A DNA stretch of 64,000 nt, from the NCBI RefSeq assembly GCF_006345805.1, contig NC_043001.1:119288001-119352000 (forward strand). The letters run 5' to 3'. The position numbers and the translations under genes are program-made. Origin of the DNA: Octopus sinensis. Taxonomy: Eukaryota. The notes under the pieces are model-generated. The model did not search any database. It was not told where the DNA came from and saw only the letters and a program-made list of their open reading frames with translations. Below, one piece after another: positions 13,700 through 24,269 of this stretch (positions within the stretch are counted from its first letter, which is position 1; the number at the start of each line of letters is the position of its first letter).

Positions 13700-14230
13700 A
13701 AAATATGTTTGTGAATTATTTCAACCTCTAAAGGCAAATTCACTGCGATTACCGTGGAGAAAAGGTACTCTTTTAAGGTAAAAAGTGTAAAAATACTATA
13801 TCTGACCACTGTTTTCCCCTGTCGGATTCCCATACGCAGCGTTTCTAGCTCTGTAGCTGCTATCAATGAAAATCAATGAATGGAGGTAACTCTGGACAGA
13901 TTTAAAGGCTAAAACGCTGTCAATGTTATAGAGTGAGTTGCGCTATTAGACTTCCATGTCGGGAAATATTCAGCAGTATCAGCGCCAAGCAATGTTTAGG
14001 CATAAGCGAACTTTTAGTTAAAATAAGCTTGTGATATATTTCAACTTCTAAAGACAAAAGTCACTGGAGTGTTAAGTCGTCGAAACGGTGTCGTGTTGCA
14101 AGTGTAGTTCTGCTTTTGGCGAAGTCTAGTGGAGGAAGTTCCACGGTGAAAGGTCGGGCCAAAAATGATCTGTTGTTCGGTGGAGTGGTTGGCAGGGTAA
14201 AAATTAATAGGCGACGGCAATATTTTTTTG
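13700..14230 (-). mobile_element. Possible very old RTE-like RT relic
   Basis: PINFYP (RPISLL-like) upstream of GIRQGKTV..IFTL (GVRQGDT..LF-like); weak. Confidence 0.3.
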
Positions 14231-14439
14231 CAGCGGACATCCCGTACGTGTTCAGAAAGTCAATCGGCTGGACAACTACCAGATGTGTGTGTGTGTTTGC
14301 GTATATAAATATGTATGTTTAATGTATATGTATGTATGAGAACACATTCTCCGTGGAAAATAGCAATTTTGACGTCTATTTCTAGTTTACAGGCTGTCCA
14401 CTTTTAGTGGTCAATCCTCAAATTTTGTATATATATATA

Positions 14440-14470
<31 letters not shown>

Positions 14471-14472
<2 letters not shown>

Positions 14473-14597
14473 GGCACAGGGGTAGCTGTGAGGTAAGAAG
14501 CTTGCTTCTCAACCATATGGTTCTACTGTAGCCTCGGGTCGACTAAAGCATTGTAAGTGGATTTAGTAGACGGAAACTAAAAGAAGCCCGTCATGTA
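14471..14597 (+). mobile_element. SINE family C copy (internally deleted)
   Basis: taggcacaggggtagctgtgaggtaagaagcttgc...gacggaaactaaaagaagcccgtc; reverse copies at about 20290-20432, 35628-35775, 50677-50831 and 61291-61453. Confidence 0.75.
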
Positions 14598-14779
14598 TAC
14601 ATATATATATGTGTGTGTGTGTGTGTGTATGCGTGTATGTGAGAGAGAGGGGAGTGGTGAAAAAGTGAGTATGTATGTATATACAAATATGTATATATTT
14701 ATGTAACTATATATACATATATAATATATATCTGTAACTATGTAACTATGCATACACATACACACATATAAATATACAA

Positions 14780-14783
14780 ATAA

Positions 14784-14853
<70 letters not shown>

Positions 14854-14891
14854 TGATAGATAGATAGATAGATATATAGATTGATAGATAG

Positions 14892-14950
<59 letters not shown>
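14780..14950. repeat. (GATA)n followed by (TA)n
   Basis: Seen directly. Confidence 0.95.
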
Positions 14951-14954
<4 letters not shown>

Positions 14955-15565
14955 TATAATAAAATATAATAGCATATAATATAATATAGCATAATATAAC
15001 ATAATATAATACAACAATGTATAATATAGTATGTATATATGTATGTATAATCGAGTCTATTAAAATGAAATATATGAATGAAGGCAATCACCACAATCAA
15101 ATAAGATATTGTATTATAATTATTATCACAGAGAAAATCTCGTGAACTACGAATAGTATTCATTACATTTCAATTATGGACCGAACTTCATTAGTACGTT
15201 CCGTCTAATGCATCATTTTGTTTGCAAGGGTTTCTTCCAGACACGAGGGTATGAATCCAATTACGATATACCATTTTCTAAGCATTTTGTTTTTGTTTTT
15301 GATGGTTTCGCTCGAAAGGAATAGCGCTGTGGATTAATCAATTACTATTCACAACGGAGTTTGACCGTCCATTGTTGTTACTTCTGGAATTCATTCAACG
15401 ACAGAAAAAACTCAGAGAGGACAATCCACTGAATATTCCCATTACATCTAGGCAAAGATGCCATTAATGCATCTCTCTCTCCATCTCTCTCCATCTCCCT
15501 CTCTCCCTATATATATATTATATATGTAGGTATACACACACATATCTATATGTATAAAGATGTAT

Positions 15566-15632
<67 letters not shown>

Positions 15633-15699
15633 TGCATGCATGCATGCATACATACATACATACATACATACATACAGACATACATACTACATACATACA

Positions 15700-15731
<32 letters not shown>

Positions 15732-15780
15732 CATACATAATACATACATACATATACATACATACATACATATACATATA

Positions 15781-15815
<35 letters not shown>

Positions 15816-15966
15816 ATGTTTATCACCCAACGATATACGTCCGGACCGCCGAATGCTCCTGCACCAGTTTTTGTGTGTCCCACAAGAGGAGTCGATGCTG
15901 GATGCCTCGAAACAATTGTTGTGATTAATAGTATATTTTCGTATATTCCATCCTGTCTCTTATTTG

Positions 15967-16032
<66 letters not shown>

Positions 16033-16359
16033 GTGTGTGTAATTCCCATTTCGTGATTGCCTTATTAAGAAAATCAATTGTTCTAACAAGTTCACGGCAT
16101 CTCACCTCTCTTTCTTTCAATTGTGTTATATCAAATTTGTATTCTACCAAATTTTCGACAATTTCATCTCCGTATGACATTCATTTACGCACTATAAACG
16201 GTGACATACATTCATATACTTATTCATACATACATACATACATACATACATACATGGTGGCTGCCCCCTCGTTATCGAGTATGGCCATTCCACGAAGCTT
16301 AATCAATGTTGTTATCGTGCAATGCCTGTGCAAGAAGATTTTTTTTTAAGTGAGACAGA

Positions 16360-16537
16360 ATGTGACAAGGCTGGCCCTTTAAAATACTGGTACAACTCAT
16401 TTCTTTCCAGGTGAGTGGGCTGCAACAATGAGAACTCAAGCGTCTTACTGAAGGAGTACAACGCGTCGCTGGGATTCGAACTCATTGCCTTGTGAATTAG
16501 AGTCGAATAATCCTACTCATAAAGCCACACGCCTTCA
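16360..16537 (-). mobile_element. tRNA-derived SINE family B, diverged
   Basis: Minus strand tgaaggcgtgtggc...gagttcgaatcccagcg (B box) followed by the family B core. Confidence 0.7.
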
Positions 16538-16556
16538 CTAATAATCCTATTTACTC

Positions 16557-16757
16557 TACGCACAAGGCCTGAAATTTGGGAGATGGGGATAATCGATTAG
16601 ATCGCCCTCTGCACGCAACTGGCACTTATTTTAGCAACCCCGAACGATGAAAGCAAAGTCCACCTCGGCGGAATTTGAACTCAGAACGTAAAAACAGACG
16701 AAATGCTGCTAAGCATCTTGCCCGGCGTGCTAACCATTCTGCCAGCTCGCCGCCTTC
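16557..16757 (-). mobile_element. SINE family A copy
   Basis: Minus strand aaggcggcgagctggcagaatggttagcacgccgggc...gttctgagttcaaattccgccgagg. Confidence 0.85.
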
Positions 16758-16800
16758 ATTAATAATATGTAATATAAATGTGAAATACCAAAGAAATTTA

Positions 16801-16835
<35 letters not shown>

Positions 16836-16907
16836 ATGAAAAGTAAATACCAGTCACTCTATTGACAAATATCTGAAAGCCAGATTCCCTGTCTTATATA
16901 TTTTATA

Positions 16908-17224
16908 ACCATGGGATTTCACCAAGAAAGTTCCCCTCCGAAGCACATGTCCGGATAAAGTTGTTTGTGGAAAACCATTAGACGTCTTTGCATACTACTT
17001 TACCCTCTCCACACCACCGATGCTGTCCAAGGAAAAAGAAAGGTCGATGCAGCTTGGTACCAGTGACGTCGTAACCGCAACTCATTTCTACAATTGAAGG
17101 AATTGAAGCAACGGGAAATAACGTGTCTTACTCAAAAACGTAACACACAGTCTAGTCCAAGAATCGAACTCACAACCTCATGATTGTAAGTCCGACGTTC
17201 TAACCGCTCAGCATTCTGCCTTCA
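16908..17224 (-). mobile_element. tRNA-derived SINE family B, near full length
   Basis: Reverse complement aligns along its length with 49929-50270. Confidence 0.85.
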
Positions 17225-17893
17225 CACACACGCGCGCGCACACACACACATACGTGTGTGTGTATATACATGTATATAAATGTATATTTATATATGTACC
17301 CCCACAAAAAGACTTACATGGGGTGCATGTAGGGTCTTCAAAACAAAACGATCTCCTCCTCTCAAAAGCGCCGGATAAGCCGACCTCGTGACAAGAAACG
17401 CAAATGAGGTTAGCAACATCAAACTCCCTCATTCACGAAATGCCGCACATCAGAGGAGGTTTAGTGAAAGTGTAGCAAATCAAACGGTGGTGCCCAGCAT
17501 GGCCGCAGCCCTCGAACTGAAACTATAAAATAATATACATGTATAATAAATCACGTATGCAGCAATGAAAAAACAAAGAAAACCTCATTATCGTTGATAT
17601 AAAAGAATATATTTCATAAATAATACAAACAGGGAACACTCGTATACAATGGTCAGTTGTTAACGGCAGGCACGGCTAGGAGAAATATCCGATTTCCAAT
17701 CGGCAATTAACGCGCAAACCTCCGCCCAGCATCTGTCATGTAAGGCAATTACGCGTTTATATACATATATGTAAACATGTAAACACACTCACAAAGACAC
17801 ACACAATTATAAAATATGTAAATAAATATAATACATTTGTATACAGAAATATACCCTACACATATGTATTAAATATACATATATACATACATG

Positions 17894-17983
<90 letters not shown>

Positions 17984-18012
17984 CATATATATATATTATA
18001 TATATATATACG

Positions 18013-18083
<71 letters not shown>

Positions 18084-18529
18084 ATATATATATATATTCC
18101 TGAGCGTTATACTAATACATCTGCTTGTTTTGTACACCACCTGCTTTCGTCATTTGTTTTTTTTCCGTAAAATCTCCCTATATACATATGTTCTCATATA
18201 GTTTACCGTTGAAAGCGATACACTAGAGGATCAAGGAATACAAAAAATAATAGTAAACTTCATTGTATATTTACGAGGATATATATTAGAGTAATAATCG
18301 GAGAGGTGGGCAGAAGGAATAGAAGTAGCATCAGTGAGGATAGGGAATGTGAAACGCATATTTGCACTAGATGCAGTAGAGAGGAAGTAGGAGGAAAATG
18401 GAAGTCTAGGTACCATAGAGGCAGCGATGGTGTGTTTGCGTGTGTGAAATCACAAGTGTCAGCGGTTAGAACGTCGGACTTACAATCGGAAGGTTGTGAT
18501 TTCGATGCCATGATAGATCGTTAGCCACT

Positions 18530-18695
18530 ACACACATTTTTTCTCTCCTTGTTTTTTTACTGTGTCCCTTTCTGATGAAGAGCATAGGCTCGAAACGTAA
18601 AAAAAACTTTTTCTATTCCTGAGCGCTATACTAATACATCTATTTGTTTTGTACACTACCTGTCTTCCTCTTTTGTTTTTTCGTAAACTCTCCCT

Positions 18696-18697
<2 letters not shown>
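18530..18697 (+). mobile_element. Short non-autonomous Penelope-like terminal repeat containing a hammerhead core
   Basis: Shares the 3' segment ttcctgagcg.tatactaatacatct...ctcccta with 18097-18180 and, reversed, with about 62268-62354; ends in TA/CA repeats. Confidence 0.7.
18569..18602 (+). ncRNA. Minimal type I hammerhead ribozyme motif
   Basis: UUU-CUGAUGA-A-GAGC(AUAG)GCUC-GAAACGUA-AAA: full core, 4-bp stem II, palindromic ACGU in place of stem III, GUA site, weak stem I. Confidence 0.7.
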
Positions 18698-18738
<41 letters not shown>

Positions 18739-18762
18739 ATATATAATATATAATATATATAT

Positions 18763-18794
<32 letters not shown>

Positions 18795-18888
18795 ATATAT
18801 ATATACATACTACTAATCTAGCGAATGATTTTTGAATTTTGAAAATAATTGATATTATGTTTTCTTTTCCTTTTATGCAAAGTATCAA

Positions 18889-19034
18889 ATTTAGCCCGGA
18901 AACCCTATAATTCCCACCTCGAATACTTCCTTGAACTTAGCCGACCACCACCCTGGTGTTGCAGGCAGAGCAGTTTCTCAGCCGCGCTCCACATGAGATT
19001 AAAATAGCGGGAATTATAGGTTTTTGAGCTAAAT
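18889..19034. mobile_element. MITE-like element with about 27-bp imperfect terminal inverted repeats
   Basis: atttagcccggaaaccctataattccc ... gggaattataggtttttgagctaaat. Confidence 0.65.
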
Positions 19035-19636
19035 ATAGGTTGACTGTATCCTGTTACTTGGTGTTTCGTAAATTTTAACAAATGTTTAGCGTCAGAATAT
19101 AAATGAATAAAGATGGCTTCGTATTAATTGAACTTAGTAGAGACACCCATAGGTTATTGGCGATCACATGCCGAAATTGTTTGTATTGCAACAGACTTTT
19201 TTTGCTTTTGGTCTTATCTGTAGAATTTTACAACTAACGGACATCAGATGGGAAATATGGCGTTATTCTGCGTGGTGAGGTAATAACTGAGCAGGAAAAT
19301 AATGAGGTTATAAACAATACTGTTTAACAATTCTGTGATTTACACCCGTGTGCAATTGTAGGTTAAGCAATCCGAATACGCACATCGTGAGATTATTCTC
19401 TTCTGCTGATTACAGGTACTGTTTGTCATTGCTAGCACTCACCAACAAATTCCTTGAATATATTTGCGCACGAAGTACTAGAAATTAAGCAGAAACAACC
19501 TGCACAAGTTCCCGTCAGCGGTTGCGGAAAAAACTAATATAAACCTAACACTGCTAGACTGATTTCCGTGCTCCGCGAACAACAGTAGTAAATACTCATT
19601 CCTACAGGAACTGCCTTGGATCTTTCCTTTTCCTAT

Positions 19637-19671
19637 GTTTCTGACGAAGAGCTCCGCTCGAAACGTTAAAC
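19637..19671 (+). ncRNA. Minimal type I hammerhead ribozyme motif within a Penelope-like short repeat (about 19605-19775)
   Basis: GUUU-CUGACGA-A-GAGC(UCC)GCUC-GAAACGUU-AAAC: intact core, stem I GUUU/AAAC, stem II GAGC/GCUC. Confidence 0.78.
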
Positions 19672-20003
19672 CCTCCTTCTTTCCTTCTTTCCTGAGCGTC
19701 CAATTATACTATATTTGTTCCACGTCCTCGCGTTGTTGTGTTTTCTCTTTCGTGTTTTCATGTTTGGATTAACTATATACATACACATTCTCTTTCGTGT
19801 CATGCTGCTCTAATATCGCTTCGGCACTTCAAGCATGGTACATCGTGCACCTATTCCGACAACGTTAATTTGATGGTGGGAGTGTGCTGATGTGTGCATG
19901 GGTATTTGATCACATTCAATAAATAATTTCTGTAGACCGTTCAGTGAGAAGCTGAATGCGTATACGGCATGTATACATGTATATTTATATTCATATGCGT
20001 AGA

Positions 20004-20043
<40 letters not shown>

Positions 20044-20103
20044 GCTCTCGTAAATGCATAGATATTTACATGCATATGGTCATATTTGAATTTACATACA
20101 TAC

Positions 20104-20182
<79 letters not shown>

Positions 20183-20455
20183 GAGAGAGAGAGAGAGGGG
20201 GGAGAGGAGAAGAGAGATAATGGTGATCTAGCGGTCCAGTGTTGGGGAGCACAAACGCTGAACACTACCTTATATATGTATTCATACATACGACGGGCTT
20301 CCACACAGTTTCCGACAATCAAATCCACTCACAATGTACTGGCCAGCCCAAGGCTATATAGACTGTTTCTTATGCGTGTTGTAAGACAGCGGCACAGAAC
20401 CCGAAAATATGTTTGTAAGCAAGCGCCATAGGCATATCATATATATGTATGTATA

Positions 20456-20534
<79 letters not shown>

Positions 20535-21502
20535 AATGCATGCACACATACACACTCATATAGATAGACAGACGGCAGACAGACAGATAGATAGATAGAT
20601 AGATGGACAAGAGTTGGTGAGGGATAGAGTAAGTAAGAAAGCAAATATAAGTCGCTAAATCTACCATGCATAAATACATGTAAACCAAATACAAACAAGA
20701 CAGTAAAGAGAGTATTATATAAATAGTATCTGTGTTTGTTTATTTGTATATAAACTACAAGCGTGTACATTTAGAAACATTATTTGAAGAAATATAGAAG
20801 ACGGCGCTGAATCCTAATTTTAACTCGTAATTTCTATTAACTCTTAGCAAATTATGTTACCGAAGCTACAAATATTTTGAATCAGCTCATAATTTAAATA
20901 GGCTTATAGAACGTCGTCCGATGTAACAGAATTTAGTTATTCCTGTGCAAATACGTGATTTGAACTCTTTTATTCTCGGGTTCGTATTTCTTCTCTATAA
21001 CTCCATTTTGAAGTTTCTTCAACCGTTGTAAACTATCATTCATTAAGTACATAATAATTATGCATCTGGATGTGACCACCTTTCATTTGTAGAGATCATT
21101 CGCTCTCTGTTTATTCGTCGAATTCCATAGAATGACTGAGTTTAGTGATGAATGAGAAGAAAATAAATTGTGAGAACTCGCTCTCTGATTAGGATGATGA
21201 CATGTTATAGAGAACTGCCGAAAGTGATGTTCAGTTCACAATATCATGACTCATTGCTTTATCCTTGCACAAATGGGCAACTTCGTTGTCATTCACTGGT
21301 GAAATAACAATAATTTACACACGAATATACACAAAATTATAATTGCACATAAAGTGATAAGTTTTAAGATTGTATATTTTCCTGAAACTGCCTGGTAAAA
21401 CGGAGCTCGATCTGTTAGAAAAGAAAATACAATTGTGTGAATATGAAAACGATAGTATATATACATAACGGGTATATATTAACCCCCGCGCACACACACA
21501 CG

Positions 21503-21534
<32 letters not shown>

Positions 21535-21565
21535 TATATATATATTATATATATATATATATATG

Positions 21566-21743
21566 TGCAATCCTTAGGCTCTACCATTATGGCATAACAA
21601 GCTGAAACAGAACGATAGGATCAGAGGAAATACGAGAAAAGTCGACATCTCGTTCGTTCACGTCTTTTGCCGTATTTTCTCTCATATCATCATGTCGTTC
21701 GCTTTAGCTTGTTATGCGATGTGGATGGGATCTGACGATTGCA
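21566..21743. repeat. About 180-bp imperfect palindrome (hairpin element)
   Basis: tgcaatc/gattgca, gcataacaagctgaa/tttagcttgttatgc, gaacga/tcgttc and aaatacg/cgtattt are nested inverted matches. Confidence 0.8.
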
Positions 21744-22099
21744 TGGAGGCACTAGACGTGTTATTAAATGCTGTCTGAGTTTTTGGGATCACATGAAACT
21801 GTTAGTAGTCATATAAATGTATACCATGTTTATTAAATAATACTTTCGCACACACAGATATATTTGTAAACTGCTCTTACACATTGCTGCAGAGAATAAC
21901 AGTTAAAATGAACAAAGATATTAGAGAATAACAAGAAAAAGTGAGAGGAAAAAAAGAAAGACAGAAAGGAAAAGAAACAAAAGCAAGAAAGACAGTAAGG
22001 GAGGCAGAGAATATAAGACAATAGTAGATACATTCGAGTACGTCCGATTGAGAACTAGTATCAAAGCTACAGGTAATCATGAACGCATATATATATATA

Positions 22100-22145
<46 letters not shown>

Positions 22146-22156
22146 ATATATTATAT

Positions 22157-22989
22157 ATAGGAATTAAGATATAAACTCGAATTAGACAATCGTACTGATA
22201 CAGTTATAAATTCGACTTAAAATGCGCATACATATATTAATACATATCGATACATATGAATATTTAAATATACATAATAATAGATGTAAATAAAATCCAT
22301 GTGGGATACTATGAAAGGAAGTGTGAGATAAAGAGAAAAATATTTTTTTAGTACTAAAATTAAGAGCGGTTAAGAGTTTCAATTAAAAGATCCATATAAA
22401 GTTCGATGTGTTTTTTTTTAAATATATAACTGGTATATAAAGTATATAGTAGAGTCCGAGGAAGTCCACTTTCTACGGCCGTTTCCTGAATTCATTTCCT
22501 GGTAGAAAAATGTTATGAATGTGATTTTATGAGGATACCTTTCTTGATGAAGGGGACATTGTCCGCATGATATTTTTTATTAATTTTTACTACCAGGACA
22601 TGACCTCTGGAAATGGCCGTAGAATGTGGACTTTCCCGAACTGTATTATATTCTTTATATACCATTTATATATATTTTAAAAAACACATCGAAATCTATG
22701 GATCTTTTAATTGAAACTCTAAATCACTCTTAATTTCAGTACTAAAAAGAAAAGAAAAATGTATTTGTCTCTTTCTCACACTTCCTTTCATACGTATTCC
22801 ATGTATTTTTTACATATATGTATATTTATGTATATTTATATAGATACATATATATATACATATATATTTTTATGTTTTTATAAATATAAAAAAAAAAATA
22901 TTCATATGTGTTGATGATATGTATTTTAAGTCGAATCTCTAACTGTATGAGTATGATTGCCTAATTTGAGTTTATATATTAATTCTTAT
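22157..22989. repeat. About 830-bp foldback (long inverted repeat) with short central spacer
   Basis: About 22157-22520 aligns with the reverse complement of about 22575-22989 (e.g. tatgaaaggaagtgtgaga, agagtttcaattaaaagatccata, ctacggcc). Confidence 0.88.
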
Positions 22990-23087
22990 CTTTTGTATTG
23001 GGTTTGACCCAAGCACTTCTTTAACAGTTCTATGTTTTTCGTAAGAAAGAACAATAATGTTATATATATATATATATATATATATAT

Positions 23088-23511
23088 AGATGGCCAGATA
23101 ACCGAAGAGATGGTGTTGTGGATTTCCACTTCGGCATCTGAAACTCAGAGTTTTATCTTGACTATTGAGTAAATGTAACATATTATTTTATAGATAAATT
23201 TCCCCTATTTACATAATACTGAGGTTTCTTTCTTTCTTTTGTTATCTTACCGTTTTTGCCAATAAATTACCTCCCGGACGACGCTATTCTTCACTAAGAG
23301 CTAATACAGCTTTTTTGGATTATCGTCTAACATCGGTTGAGGACTCTTACACACAGAAGAATTTAATATGGACGCATATTACATAGATTATTCTATAAAA
23401 GGTTTTTTTTCAGATGGCCAGATAACCGAAGAGATAGTGTTGTGGATTTTCACTTCGGCATCTGAAACTCAGAGTTTTATCTTGACTATTGAGTAAATGT
23501 AACATATTATT
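23088..23511 (+). repeat. 324-bp unit with 100-bp direct terminal redundancy embedded in (TA)n
   Basis: 23088-23187 and 23412-23511 differ at about 2 positions. Confidence 0.9.
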
Positions 23512-23527
23512 ATATATATATATATAT

Positions 23528-23575
<48 letters not shown>

Positions 23576-23794
23576 TAAATAAAATGAGACAACAAAGCCT
23601 TGGCTTTGCTGTCTAATTTCATTTAACATATACACGATCATACAAGATCCACATTAGACTCCTGACTCATATTATTATTATCGAACCGTCGAACCGAGAG
23701 TTTAATTACGGTCCTTCAAAAGCACTTACATAGCACTACCAGCCATCTTGTGTCTTCTGGATGCCTATACCTCTCATATATATGCATACATATA

Positions 23795-24095
23795 TCACGT
23801 GATCACGTGACCAACCAGACCATCAGATGTTGCTACACATCGCTGGTCACAATGCGTTCGCATTGTTTTAGCCTTCGAACGACGCCACCCTGCTGGCTAA
23901 GCGAGCAGGCTAACAGAAGAAAGAGAGAAAGAGTGGTGAAAGAGTACAGCAGGGATCACCACCCCCTGCCAGAGCTTCGTGGAGCTTTTAGGTGTTTTCG
24001 CTCAATAAACACACACAACGCCCGGTCTGGGAATCGAAACCTCGATCCTACGACTGCGGGTCCGCTGCCTTAACCACTGGGCCATTGCGCCTCTA
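23795..24095 (-). mobile_element. tRNA-derived SINE (family B-related head, different body)
   Basis: Minus strand gaggcgcaatggcccagtggttaagg (A box)...ggtttcgattcccagaccggg (B box). Confidence 0.8.
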
Positions 24096-24099
24096 CATA

Positions 24100-24136
<37 letters not shown>

Positions 24137-24269
24137 GTATATATATATAACTTAGTTGGAAAGGAATGCGTGGCGTTTGATCATAAAATATAAATTATAT
24201 ATATATGCATATATACATACACCTATGTACATACCTACATATATATGTATACATGCACATATAGGTACA

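Noticed and set aside
17690-17730. CCAAT plus GC box (ctccgccc) as a promoter
   Set aside because: Short motifs expected by chance; no linked exon or gene.
19223-19278. Possible exon with pyrimidine tract-AG and GTGAGG/GTAATA donors
   Set aside because: No recognisable peptide and not phase-compatible with the other candidate exons.
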